Below, in pieces: positions 9,981 through 20,740 of a stretch of DNA of 64,000 nt. A program made the position numbers and the translations under genes. Positions within the stretch are counted from its first letter, which is position 1, and each line of letters opens with the position of its first letter. The notes beneath the pieces were generated by a model that saw only the letters and a list, made by a program, of their open reading frames with translations, was not told the DNA's origin and made no database searches. This DNA comes from Acidobacteriota bacterium (GTDB taxonomy: Bacteria; Acidobacteriota; UBA6911; RPQK01; JAJDTT01): the NCBI GenBank assembly GCA_965209055.1, contig OZ242374.1, positions 448,001 to 512,000 of the forward strand, read 5' to 3'.

Positions 9981-11612
9981 ATGGGCGTCCTCGCAGGTCT
10001 ATTCCTCCTGATCGGACTCGGTCCCGGTCCGGAGCCTCGTCTGACCGATGTGACCGACGCCAGCGGCATCCTCTGGAAGCACGGCGCCGGTTCACCCGGG
10101 AAAACCAACATCCGCGAGCAGGTCGGGAGCGGCGTCGCGCTCCTGGACTACGACCGTGACGGTTGGCTCGACGTCTACCTGCTGACGGGTCCGGCCGCCA
10201 ACCCGTCCGACTCCCCAGGTAACCGGCTCTATCGCAACAACGGCGACGGTTCGTTCTCCGACGTCACCGAATCGGCGGGAGTCGGTTTCCGAGGGTGGAG
10301 CATGGGCGCCTGCGCGGGAGACTACGACGGCGACGGGAACCTCGACCTCTACGTCACCAATCTGGGCCCCAATCTGCTCTATCGCAACAACGGGGACGGG
10401 ACCTTCACCGAGGCCGCAAAGCGGGCCGGAGTTTCGTGTCCCCGGTTCAGCACCGGGAGCGCCTTCGCCGACTACGACGGCGACGGGGATCTGGACCTCT
10501 TCGTGGCCAACTACGTCGCCGTTGAACATACCGATCCCAGCCGGAAGGACCGGGTGTGCAACTACTACGGGCTGCGCGTGGGTTGCGGGCCCCGGGGACT
10601 CAAGGGAGCGCCCGATTTCCTCTACCGGAACAACGGGGACGGGACCTTCACCGACGTTTCGCAAGGGGCCGGCGTCGCCGACGGGGCGATGTTCTACGGC
10701 CTGGGCGTCATCTGGACCGATATCGACAACGACGCGGACCTCGATCTCTTCGTCGCCAATGACCGGAACCCCAACTACCTCTACCGGAACGACGGCCGGG
10801 GCCGTTTCGAGGAGGCCGGGCTGCTGAGCGGAGTCGCCGTCGGATGGGACGGCCAGACCCAGGCCTGCATGGGAGTGGACATCGGCGACGTCGATGCCGA
10901 CGGGAACCCGGATATCGTGGTGACCAACTTCTCGCGGGAGTACAACGCCGTCTACAAGAGCACGGCCGGGAACCTCTTTTCCGACATGAGCCCCCAGATG
11001 GGCTTGGGGCGGCCCAGTTTTCCGTTCGTGGCCTGGGGCACGCAATTTTTCGACGTCGACTCCGACGGGGATCTGGACCTCTTCGTCGCCAACGGCCACA
11101 CCTACCCCCAGGTGGAAGAACGTGAATGGGACGAGCGCTACGCGCAGCGGAACCAGTTGTTCCTCAATACGGGGTCGGGACGATTTCAGGAACTGGTCTC
11201 CGCGGGTCCGGGCCTGGCATTGGCCAGGTCCAGCCGCGGAGCCGCGTTCGGCGATCTGGACAACGACGGCGACGTCGACGTGGTGGTCAACAACGTGGAC
11301 GATTCCCCGACCATTCTGCGAAACGACACGCCTCGAAAGGGCCACTGGCTGTCGGTCCGGCTGGTGGGGAAGGGCCCCAACGAACCGGCCATCGGCGCCC
11401 GGGTCACGGCGGTCGTCCCCGACCGCACGGTGACGCGGGAAGTTCGAAGCGGCGGGAGCTACCTTTCGCAAAACGACCTGCGCCTGCACTTCGGCTTGGG
11501 AACTGCCCAACGTCTCGACCGGCTGCTGGTCCTTTGGCCGGACGGTCGGGAGCAAGTCCTGGTGGACGTGCCCGTGGATCGCTTCCTCACCGTCACCCGC
11601 ACTGCGGAGTGA
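9981..11612 (+). CDS. CRTAC1 family protein (FG-GAP repeats + ASPIC/UnbV domain)
   Basis: Repeated DYDxDGxLDL and NxLYRNNGDGTF motifs; C-terminal GGSYLSQNDLRLHFGLG. Confidence 0.92.
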   Translation: MGVLAGLFLLIGLGPGPEPRLTDVTDASGILWKHGAGSPGKTNIREQVGSGVALLDYDRDGWLDVYLLTGPAANPSDSPGNRLYRNNGDGSFSDVTESAGVGFRGWSMGACAGDYDGDGNLDLYVTNLGPNLLYRNNGDGTFTEAAKRAGVSCPRFSTGSAFADYDGDGDLDLFVANYVAVEHTDPSRKDRVCNYYGLRVGCGPRGLKGAPDFLYRNNGDGTFTDVSQGAGVADGAMFYGLGVIWTDIDNDADLDLFVANDRNPNYLYRNDGRGRFEEAGLLSGVAVGWDGQTQACMGVDIGDVDADGNPDIVVTNFSREYNAVYKSTAGNLFSDMSPQMGLGRPSFPFVAWGTQFFDVDSDGDLDLFVANGHTYPQVEEREWDERYAQRNQLFLNTGSGRFQELVSAGPGLALARSSRGAAFGDLDNDGDVDVVVNNVDDSPTILRNDTPRKGHWLSVRLVGKGPNEPAIGARVTAVVPDRTVTREVRSGGSYLSQNDLRLHFGLGTAQRLDRLLVLWPDGREQVLVDVPVDRFLTVTRTAE

Positions 11613-11825
11613 TCTGCGCAACCGCCATACGCATCCTCCCGGGAGTGTGTAAGGGACCGCACGCGGACATCCGGGTAGAGCCGTCTCAATCCAACAAGCT
11701 GGACTACTTCGGTGGTCCGGTCCGAAATATTGGACAGTTTCCTGCCCGTACGCGGCAGGAAACTCGTGGGAGAGTTCCTAAATCCTTTTCTATCTACGGC
11801 TTACCGGAATTATCCGGAGCCTTGC

Positions 11826-11854
11826 TGGACAGTGGAACTTCCATTGCTTACAAT
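11826..11854 (+). promoter_or_regulatory. Candidate promoter of the TonB-dependent receptor: sigma70-like TGGACA-N17-TACAAT overlapping a sigma54-like TGGAAC-N5-TTGCT
   Basis: Motif match by eye, ~90 bp upstream of ATG 11940. Confidence 0.4.
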
Positions 11855-11939
11855 TCGGGCATCAAGTTCCACCCTGCCCTAACGTGGAACGCCATCCGAT
11901 CAGAGGGGTGCAACGCCCCGCCGCCGCAGGAGCCGCACG

Positions 11940-14900
11940 ATGAAGATTCGAAACACCAGATCACTTGGGTTATTGGCCGTCGCGTTTGCCTTCGGGCTTG
12001 CGTTGACCACCGTCACGGTGGCCCAGGTCAGCAAGGGTGTCATTCTCGGCACCATCACCGACCAGACCGGCGCCGTCATGCCGGGCGCCGAGGTGGAGGT
12101 CGCCGCCACCGGGACCGGCGTCACCCGGCTCATGGTCACCGGCGAGGATGGCAACTACCGGATCGTGAATCTCGATCCCGGAGAGTACTCGGTTCGGGCC
12201 CTGCTGCCCGGCTTCAAGCCCAAGACCGTTCAGGGAATCATCCTCCAGGTGGACCAGCGGGCGCGGATCGACGTGGAGCTGGAGGTGGGCGAGGTCGCCG
12301 ACGAGGTGACGGTCCAGGGAGTCACTCCCATCATCGCCACCGACCAGGCGACGGTGGGCGAGGTCATCGAGCGGGAGAAGGTGCTGGAGCTGCCGTTGAA
12401 CGGGCGCCAGTTCCTTCAGTTGGCGGAACTGACGCCGGGCGTCCAGAGGACCACCGTCGGCTACATGGAATACAGCGGCGGCAGCATCTCGGCCAACGGG
12501 ATGTCCGACCACTCCAACAACACCATGGTCGACGGGGTCATGAATCAGGAGAGCGGCGCCGCCCGCATGAACTTCTCCCCCAGCATCGACCTGATCCAGG
12601 AGTTCAAGATCCAGACCAACGTCTATGACGCCGAGTTCGGCCGCAGCGGCGGGGCCCAGATCAACATCGTCACCAAGCGCGGGTCGCTCGACTACCACGG
12701 CGCCCTCTACATGTTTCACCGCAACGACAACCACGAGGCCCGGAACTTCTTCGCCAGGAGGATTCCCGAGTTCCGGCGGAGCCAATTCGGAGGCTCGTTC
12801 GGCGGACATATTCCGGGCTCGGAGGACGATTTCTTCTTCTTCAACTACGAAGGACAGCGGGCCGCTCGGGGCTTGACCGTTCCCATCAGCGTGCCTCCGG
12901 CGGATATCAGGAACGGTGACTTCTCGAGCCTGCTGGCGCCGGGCACAAACTGCATGGACCACAGCAACAACAAGGGTTGCATCTATGACCCGGCCACCCT
13001 GGATCCCGCGACCGGCACCCGGCAACCGTTCCCCAACAACATCATTCCCAATGACCGGATCACGCAGCAGGCGAAGTTCATCAACCAGTTCTTCCCCAAT
13101 CCGACGAGTGCGGGATTCTCCGGGAACTACGTTGCCAGCCCGGACCGGATTCGAGACAAGGACCAGTACTCGATTCGTTACGATCGCGACTTTTCCGACA
13201 GTGACTCCATCACCTTCCGCTTCACCTACCAGGACCGCAAATTCCTGGAGCCGCAGCCGCGGGGCAGCACGACACCTCTCGTCGGGTTCCGGCAGAATCA
13301 GGACCTGAACGGCGAAAATCACAAATTGGGATGGACGCACACGTTCAGCCCCACCACCATCAACTCCTTCAACTTCGGATTCAGCCAGTACCACCAGATT
13401 CGGGACAACGAGACGACGCTGCCGGACCTCTACGTGCAGGGAGGCAGCCGGGGCGCCGTCACCGGACCCGAATTCTTCGAGGGGGCGGGCATCACGGGAG
13501 TGGCCCCCGACCGGCAAAAGGCGGGAATACCGACCATCAACATCAGCGGCTGGAGGACCATTGCCGACGACACCTTCGCGCCGTTGGACAATCCCTACAA
13601 CAACTACGTCTACTCGAACACCTTGAACAAGGTTCAAGGCAACCACTCCTGGAAGGTGGGGATCGAAGTCATTCGCAACGCCATGGACATGGCGTTCGAG
13701 GCCAACAGCCGGGGCATCATCAGCTTCTCGCCCCGCTTCAGCGTCGCCAGCGTCGGAGCCCCCGGCGATCAGTTCAATGCCTGGGCCGACTACCTGCTGG
13801 GAGCGGTCACCAGTTCCGGCATCAACGGCGCACTGCTGCAGCTCAACACCAAGCAGACCTGGTGGATGTTCTTCCTCCAGGATGACTGGCACGTTCATCC
13901 GGACCTCACTCTGAATCTGGGAGTGCGCTACGAGATCTGGCAGCGCCCCTATGACGCGGAGAACCGGATCACCGGCATCGACATCGCGTCCGGCCAATGG
14001 GTGTTCGCGGAGTCGATTCCGACCCTGCCCGGCACACCCCCCAATGCGGTCACCAATGACGAATTTAACTACGATCGCAGCCTGCAGAAAGTCGGCGGGG
14101 CTGAAATGAACGATTGGGGCCCGCGGGTCGGTTTTGCCTGGCGCCTGTTCGGCGACAACAAGACGGTGCTCCGGGGTGGATACGGCGTCTTCTACAGTTG
14201 GCAGGTTCTGGACATTCCCATCACCATGGGACTGGGCCGGCCCTGGGTGCCGCCGACCAGCATCTCCAGCGACCGGGACGTTCCCGCCATCAGTTTCGGC
14301 AGTCCCTTCGGTACGACTGTCGTTCCCGCCACGGGAGGCCGGGGCCTGATCCGGGACAACCGAACCCCCTACCTGCAACAGTACTCCCTCAGCCTCGACC
14401 GCGAGCTGCTTCCCTCCATGGGAGTCGAAGTCGCCTACGTCGGGAATGCAGGCCGCAAGAACGTATTCAATTTCGGCCTCAACAATCCCTATCCGGGTCC
14501 CGAGCCCACGGCCGAGCGGAGGGCTCTCTGCCGCAACGCCGGCATCTGCGACCTGTCCGGGATCAGTGGGCCGGTCAACTGGGGCACCAGCAACTACAAC
14601 GCGCTTCAGGTCAAGTTGCGCAAAGAGATGGGACCGGATGGACTCATGCTCCTGGGCGCCTACAGTTGGGGCAAGGTCCTGGGGACCTCCATCGCGGGAC
14701 CCCAGCTCTGGGAAGGCCAGCCGATTCGCGACTGGAACCGGAACTGGAAGGCGGACACCGGTCCCACCAGGTACGACACGCGTCACCTCGCGTCTATCAG
14801 TTGGGTCTACCAGTTGCCCTTCGGACGGGGGAGGCCACTGGGCGGCGACATCGGACGAACAGCCGACCTGATCTTCGGCGGCTGGAAACTGGGTGGAATC

Positions 14901-15326
14901 GGCACCTTCCAAACCGGAGCGTTTCTGACCCCCAGAGACATCTTCAATGCCTCAAATGCCGGGGGAACGCGACCCAACCTGCTGCGCAATCCCAACGACC
15001 TGGGTCACTCGTCCCGGGATCAGATGATCAACCAGTTCTTCCACACCGGCGACAGGTACTTCGCACGGACCGCCCCGTTCACTTTCGGCAATGCCGGAAC
15101 GGGGACGATCGTGGGGCCGGGACTGCAGCTTTGGGACATTTCACTTTACAAGGACTTCTACGTGGCTGAAGAACAGCGGGTGCAGTTCCGCGTCGAGTTC
15201 TTCAACGCCTTCAACCATGTGAATTTCGGCAATCCCAATACCAGCTTCGGCTCGGCGGCGTTCGGAACCATCCGCAGCGCCGGCGACGCCCGGCAGGTCC
15301 AGTTCGGCCTGCGCTACGACTTTTAG
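11940..15326 (+). CDS. TonB-dependent receptor with carboxypeptidase-regulatory-like N-terminal domain (Oar-like)
   Basis: GTITDQTGAVMPGAEV, LPLNGRQFLQLA, AEFGRSGG, QFRVEFFNAFNHVNF and C-terminal RQVQFGLRYDF. Confidence 0.92.
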   Translation: MKIRNTRSLGLLAVAFAFGLALTTVTVAQVSKGVILGTITDQTGAVMPGAEVEVAATGTGVTRLMVTGEDGNYRIVNLDPGEYSVRALLPGFKPKTVQGIILQVDQRARIDVELEVGEVADEVTVQGVTPIIATDQATVGEVIEREKVLELPLNGRQFLQLAELTPGVQRTTVGYMEYSGGSISANGMSDHSNNTMVDGVMNQESGAARMNFSPSIDLIQEFKIQTNVYDAEFGRSGGAQINIVTKRGSLDYHGALYMFHRNDNHEARNFFARRIPEFRRSQFGGSFGGHIPGSEDDFFFFNYEGQRAARGLTVPISVPPADIRNGDFSSLLAPGTNCMDHSNNKGCIYDPATLDPATGTRQPFPNNIIPNDRITQQAKFINQFFPNPTSAGFSGNYVASPDRIRDKDQYSIRYDRDFSDSDSITFRFTYQDRKFLEPQPRGSTTPLVGFRQNQDLNGENHKLGWTHTFSPTTINSFNFGFSQYHQIRDNETTLPDLYVQGGSRGAVTGPEFFEGAGITGVAPDRQKAGIPTINISGWRTIADDTFAPLDNPYNNYVYSNTLNKVQGNHSWKVGIEVIRNAMDMAFEANSRGIISFSPRFSVASVGAPGDQFNAWADYLLGAVTSSGINGALLQLNTKQTWWMFFLQDDWHVHPDLTLNLGVRYEIWQRPYDAENRITGIDIASGQWVFAESIPTLPGTPPNAVTNDEFNYDRSLQKVGGAEMNDWGPRVGFAWRLFGDNKTVLRGGYGVFYSWQVLDIPITMGLGRPWVPPTSISSDRDVPAISFGSPFGTTVVPATGGRGLIRDNRTPYLQQYSLSLDRELLPSMGVEVAYVGNAGRKNVFNFGLNNPYPGPEPTAERRALCRNAGICDLSGISGPVNWGTSNYNALQVKLRKEMGPDGLMLLGAYSWGKVLGTSIAGPQLWEGQPIRDWNRNWKADTGPTRYDTRHLASISWVYQLPFGRGRPLGGDIGRTADLIFGGWKLGGIGTFQTGAFLTPRDIFNASNAGGTRPNLLRNPNDLGHSSRDQMINQFFHTGDRYFARTAPFTFGNAGTGTIVGPGLQLWDISLYKDFYVAEEQRVQFRVEFFNAFNHVNFGNPNTSFGSAAFGTIRSAGDARQVQFGLRYDF

Positions 15327-15505
15327 GAGGGGCTTTTTTGCTACCGCCCCGTCTCCACTATTGCGGTCAGCAAGCGTAGAGGGGGGACTGCCGTCCCCTA
15401 TACGATTGTAATCTACTAAGTATCTGATAATAATAAATTTATGATCTATTCTCCCGATCTGATTACCTCATTGAATCCCACCTTCTAAACGGGATTCCAT
15501 TCGAC

Positions 15506-16108
15506 CCTATTGGAGGTCCGTGGACTCCATGGACGTACGCGTTCGGTCAAGCCGTGGAAGAGTTTCGAGCCTCGACTCCAATGTTTGAAGAGCCTGCGCG
15601 CTCCAGGAACAGGCGGCGTACAGTCGGAGCCGACCGGATCCGTTCGGCCAGTACTTGCTAACGACGTATACTCCGCCGATGATCCTTCACCTTATAGATA
15701 GATGCCCATGCATCTCCACCCTTCTGGATCCGGGTTCTTCGCCGTGGGGCGAATCGTACCACGGCTCCAGGGAATCGACATAAGCGGTCAGGTCCTACAG
15801 GACGAAGCCACGGCGATGACTTTTGCCGCTATTTTGGGGCCAACCCCTCCAAGGCGGGTGAAAAAACTGTCGTCAACGACTTTCGCAGAAAGCCGCTACG
15901 CGAGTTGAAGAAGATCGAAGAGACGCGGCTGGGACTCAACTACAATCTGGCGCGGGGCGTCCTCATTGTCGAGCCATCGGCGCCGTCCGTTCCCGTCCTC
16001 ACCGAGTAGGCGGCGCGGTTCTTTCCACACCCCCAGGGGCTTTTCCATGCACAAACGCGTAGGAGGTCTCATCAAAACGACCGTACAATCTCGTAGAGTT
16101 TTCTTCAT
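15506..16108 (-). pseudogene. Probable decayed gene with a helix-hairpin-helix-like motif (LGGVGPKIAAKVI)
   Basis: Protein-like reading continues across internal stops and a frameshift below ORF 15896-16108. Confidence 0.3.
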
Positions 16109-16266
16109 ATAGTTGAGAACCAGTTGTTAGTTACAAGTGGAGCGACCTTGATGTGGAAACCGACAGGAGGGGAATCTGGACTCGGACCCGGAGCCAGCAA
16201 GGTAGCGGCGGCTCATTCCTCAAAGGCGAGTTGGACGGCAGGGGGCAACAAACTGGCGGGAGCAAG

Positions 16267-17370
16267 ATGCACCCGAAACTGAAAGAAATTCTCTTACCTG
16301 CTTACCAGTGTGTTGGATTTACCGGCACCTGTACTTCATTGATGCAGTGGGCTCCACACCTGGGGCATGTGCCGAGAGGATTCTACGGAGCGACGGGAGA
16401 TTTGGAGGAAGTCACCTTGGTTCTGGTTCTGGCAGAACCGGGGAATCCCAGCCCCGATCCAGGACCAGAAGAATGCTATTCTGACGTTGACTCCGCGTTT
16501 GCCTTCACCGGACACTGCTTCCTGACTGCCGGTGGTCAGGGACACGAAAACGTACGGAATCTCATCTGTAGATGCTTCCCTGGATTGTCCTTGGTGAACG
16601 CCATGCGGAAGGTTTGGATTACTGAATCGGTGCTGTGCTCTGCTCCCTCCCCAGGAGCTACTGTCGGAGTTGACATCGAGCGCTTCTGTGCAGAGCGGTT
16701 TCTCCTGAGTCAGTTACGCTTGTTCCCACTAGCCACGATAGCGGCCATGGGTTCCAAGGCCATGGCTCGGCTCACACGGTACCAGGCCCAAATCCCCAAC
16801 CGAATCGTGAAGTGTGGTGCAGTCTTTCCTCCAGGATGCAACTTCAAATCCACCAGAGATAGTTGGGACAGGCTTGTAGAAATTGTCACCGAACAGGGCA
16901 AAGGAGAGTCTGCTCGTGGGGAGGAGTACCCAGTAAAGTTGAGATCTTCCCCTCCGCGCCGCCGGGGGCTCGGATCTCGTGCCGAAAGACGAGCAAGTGC
17001 ACCACGACCCGGACCGATTCCGCATTGGGAAAACGATCTGAGCCTACTGAAGCACCTGATCGAGATTATTCGGTCCGAGTTGCCGCCTGATTGTCAAACT
17101 ACGTGCATCACTCCGACCAAGAAGAGAGTGAGCTTGGATATCCCCTATCCGTTCTCCCGGCTGACCAACTCGCGGAAGTTGGTCAAGATGTTCGTCCGCC
17201 CAACGCAAGGTGTCCATGTCATGGTGCCACCGGACCTAGACCTGGAAAGTCGAGGCTGGGATCTTCACGAGAAGCAGGACAGTGCGGGAGATCAGAAACT
17301 TCTCTTCCCCTTCAATAAGGCTGAAACGTTGGCCAGAAAGCTGGGAAAGGATTTGGCCACGTTCCTTTGA
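16267..17370 (+). CDS. Uracil-DNA glycosylase superfamily protein with an extra C-terminal domain
   Basis: VLVLAEPG (motif A-like), WITESVLC, FCAERFLLSQLRLFP..IAAMGSKA; several Cys at positions reminiscent of Fe-S UDGs; ATG 16267 preferred over GTG 16153. Confidence 0.6.
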   Translation: MHPKLKEILLPAYQCVGFTGTCTSLMQWAPHLGHVPRGFYGATGDLEEVTLVLVLAEPGNPSPDPGPEECYSDVDSAFAFTGHCFLTAGGQGHENVRNLICRCFPGLSLVNAMRKVWITESVLCSAPSPGATVGVDIERFCAERFLLSQLRLFPLATIAAMGSKAMARLTRYQAQIPNRIVKCGAVFPPGCNFKSTRDSWDRLVEIVTEQGKGESARGEEYPVKLRSSPPRRRGLGSRAERRASAPRPGPIPHWENDLSLLKHLIEIIRSELPPDCQTTCITPTKKRVSLDIPYPFSRLTNSRKLVKMFVRPTQGVHVMVPPDLDLESRGWDLHEKQDSAGDQKLLFPFNKAETLARKLGKDLATFL

Positions 17371-17464
17371 GGATCAGTCCGGCGCCTGGTGACTTGAGAC
17401 GCCACCGGAGCCGACATTCGAGCCGCCGCTTCGAGGATTCCTTCGATCTGGAGAGATTTGTATC

Positions 17465-19327
17465 ATGGGCTGCATGAAAATGCCTGTGAAATACATCGTA
17501 CTGGTCACTCTGATCTCCACTGGTCTTGCGTCGGAGCAAAACCCAATCGACTTTGGTCGTCCCTCGCACGTTGTCGGCGGAGAGAGCGTTACCGGTGGCG
17601 AATTCCCCTTCGTGGCGAAAATCATCTATTACGGCAGCAGCGTCGGCTGCACCGGCAGTCTCATTGCTCCCAACAGGGTACTCACCGCCGGACACTGTGT
17701 GGTGGATTGGAGAACACGAACGCTTTCCGTAGGATTTGGATCATCGCGGTCGGCGGGATCCAGTTTCAAAGTCACTCGTAGAATATGGCACCCAGAATAT
17801 TCAGTTCAAGAGTACGATATCGCGATTCTTGAGTTCGAGCCGCCCGTTTCAATCCAGCCCGTTCGCGTGCTGTCTTTCGAGGACGAGCTGCAATATGCCC
17901 CCAGTGGAGGGCAAGGAATGGCTGTGGGCTGGGGCCGGACGGTCTCCGGCGACCCGGATTCGTTGCCCGCTAGGTTGCACAAGGTTTCGGTGCCGATCTA
18001 CACGCAGGCAGACTACTAACGGATATTGAACGAGCTGCGCGATCAAGGGAAAGATCCACAGCCGCCATCCATCCATGAATTGATCCTCTGCGCCGGTCAG
18101 GAGAATCAGGCTCCTGCGCACGGTGACAGTGGTGGGCCGCTGTTGGTACCAACCCCCGAAGGTTGGGCACAGGTAGGAGTCTTATCGCAGGCGACACAGA
18201 ATCGACAACAGACGATCTACTACATGGGGCAATATACTCGTACGTCTTTCTTATACGACTGGATATTCCCCTCGGATGTTGGGGATCAACCCGAGGACCC
18301 ACCCGAGGACCCACCTGAGACAATCGATCCCTATCGCATCCACTTTGCCCATTTCGGCACTGGCGATGGACTGGAAACCGATTTGTTGCTGCTGAATCCG
18401 CAGTCGGATGTCGCGGTCGAAGCTTCAGTGGAAGTGTTCAGCACGGACGGTACATTGCTTTTTCCGACTCGTCAGGTCGCCGCTCCACCGGCAGGGATGG
18501 TGGAATGGACGCTCCCTGTCGGTGACGAACTTGAAACAGGAAGCATCGTGGTGACGTCGCCTGCAAGGCTGTCGGGAGTCCTGCGGTTCAGATACAGCGA
18601 TGGCGGCGCCACTGCCATCAGTGCGACGCCGTTGGGGAGCAGTTTTGTTGTTCCCGTTAGTAACCAAGCCGAGCGTATCGGATTGGCCATACGAAATGCT
18701 GACGCTGAAGCTCTTGACGTAGCGCTCAAGTTGGGAACGCTTCCGAGAGTCTTCAAGACCATCCCTGGCGAGGGCCAAATCGCCGCCTTCATCGACGAGT
18801 ATTTCCCAAGTCAAACCGACCAGGAACTTGAAGGAACTCTACTCGTGCAGACGGAACCGCCAGAAGGCGAAATCACCGTATTGGCGTTAGAGTTTGTTGG
18901 TGACTCATTGGTGACATTACCTGCGACGGTATTGACAACTCCGATCATGGATAATCAACGAAAATTCAGCGATGGGGAGTCAACGGCGACTATCGAGTAC
19001 GAGCTTGATGCCGCCAAGGGGGAAGCCAAAATGGAGGCCGTTATCGTCAATAACGGTCCCACGCAAGCGTTCACTGTATATTGGCGACCCATCGACGCCG
19101 ATTGCAATTCAACTCACCCGGGTGGTGGTTGGTGGTCGGTGATGTATGAAAAGTCTGTCAGCGGTGGGTCTACGCAGACGTTCACTCTGAACACGAGTGG
19201 AGACAGGAGCTACCCGATCTCTGCGAATACGAAATGGTTGGAATGGTGGGTCCGGACAGCGAAGGAGCGGGAATGGGAGAATCTGGAACCTAAGACGAAG
19301 TGCGAGAAGCCATTCCGAGGACTGTGA
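17465..19327 (+). pseudogene. Secreted trypsin-like (S1) serine protease with C-terminal beta-rich domains, split by an in-frame TAA at 18017-18019
   Basis: VVGG start, LTAGHC and YDIAIL in 17465-18019; GDSGGPL in 18026-19327; both ORFs are in the same frame. Confidence 0.85.
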
Positions 19328-19487
19328 GATCAGACCGACTATTCCCGCGAGTCAAAGCTCTCCTTCCGCCCCCTGGCGCGAAGACTTCCGCAGGCCTTCG
19401 CAGAATCGGTTTCTGGTGCGACGTGTGGACTTCCGATTCAAGGAACCGGATCGACTCTTGTCGTCGCTCCCTTTCCATAGAGAGGTG

Positions 19488-19745
19488 CTAGCGCCTATTC
19501 TGCTGTATGGAGATCCTCTCCACCAAATTGCGGCTGGCGCGCCGTCGGTGCCGGTCGTAGATCTGGGTGTTGTGGGGATGGGCGCGCCCGGACAGGTACT
19601 GGATGTCCCCGAGCGGGTCGTTCTGACTCTACAGATCCGTCACCACTAGGTAGTGGAATGGTGGGGTGGGAGGATCTTCGGCAACCTAGCGACCTTGAGC
19701 CAGCGCTTAAACATCTGCTCCACGGCGAGTGGTGAAAACAACGGT
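19488..19745 (-). pseudogene. C-terminal remnant of a XerC/D-like tyrosine recombinase
   Basis: QMFKRWLKVARLPKILPPH, then after a frameshift LVVTDL*SQNDPLGDIQYLSGRAHPHNTQIYDRHRRRASRNLVERISI, the typical degraded GH...TTxLYD tail. Confidence 0.75.
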
Positions 19746-19751
19746 CGGATA

Positions 19752-20051
19752 GCCTTCCCGCAGGGATATTTTGGAAGGGAGCGACCCCCCCAGGGGGTGT
19801 GGCGCAGACGTAAATTGCGCCACACCCCCGCGCCCGCACCGGGCAGGAAAAAGGGGGGGTCGCTCCCTTCCACCTCCGCTTTCCCCGTGCGGGCACGGCG
19901 GAGCCGAAAACATGGCCGTAACAGCATGAGCGACAAAGAGATCGGGGAAATCGCGTGTGTAAGTTGGCAGACTCCCATGATGTAAGTTGCCCCCGTTGTC
20001 TCCCTTACACTCCCGGATCGACACGGTGGGGCGCTCTGTACCCGTCAAAAT
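19752..20051. repeat. Structured ~300-bp non-coding element, copy 1
   Basis: 19-bp perfect stem 19773-19791 / 19853-19871 enclosing two hairpins; homologous to 20376-20675, 31571-31905 (inverted) and 33927-34225. Confidence 0.85.
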
Positions 20052-20375
20052 GAGCTCCCCGGCAAGCGTGTCGCCCGCCACGAGAGCGTCGCGAACGTCG
20101 TCGTCGATCTCCACGCCGGCGGCGCGATCTTCCGCCCCTGGTCGCCACTCGATGGCCGGTCTCAGCGAGGCCCTGACGCTGCCATAGCCGTCGAATCGGC
20201 CCGCGTCCCTTTCAGCACACCCCGCATTTCTGGAAGAAGATTGCCTGTTCAATCCGCCAGATCACTCCGTCCAGCCATGGGGCCGTCCACAGACGCTTGT
20301 ACGAGCACTGGCACGCGGCGGCTTGCCCACCGCGCCGTTCCGTGCCGCAGCGCCACGCGCTCAGGCGATCCAGAC

Positions 20376-20675
20376 GCCTTCCCGGCAGGGATCATTGGGA
20401 CGGGAGCGACCCCCCGAGGCGATGGCACGGAGAGTGCCCATCAGCCTGCCCCGCTTTGCCGATCCGGGAGGCAAAAAAGGGGGGTCGCTCCCGTCCACCT
20501 CCGCTTTCCCCGAGCGGCACCGCCGAGCCGCGAGGCGAGCCGTAACCCGAACGAGGACAGCAAGTTAGAGGAAAGTCGCCGTGCACGGCGAAGAGCCCTC
20601 ATGGTGCACATGCCCTCCGTTGTCTCATGTGCACTCCCCGAGCGGCACGGAACCCCACTTTTCAGCGGTCAAGAT
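20376..20675. repeat. Structured ~300-bp non-coding element, copy 2 (diverged)
   Basis: 18-bp perfect stem 20398-20415 / 20479-20496; inner sequence diverged but still base-pairs; flanking blocks conserved. Confidence 0.8.
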
Positions 20676-20740
20676 CGACCTCCCGGAATCCGGCTCGAAC
20701 CCCAGATCACGAAGCCTGCCGGGAGAACCACCACGGCGGA

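Noticed and set aside
19646-19985. ORFs across the structured-element copies (also 33575-34152 and 31788-31976)
   Set aside because: Starts, stops and frames are not conserved between copies; similarity is explained by the nucleotide repeat
19752-20051. Retron msr-msd or group II intron reading of the structured element
   Set aside because: No reverse transcriptase (YxDD) ORF was recognised in the window and no intron domain V motif was seen
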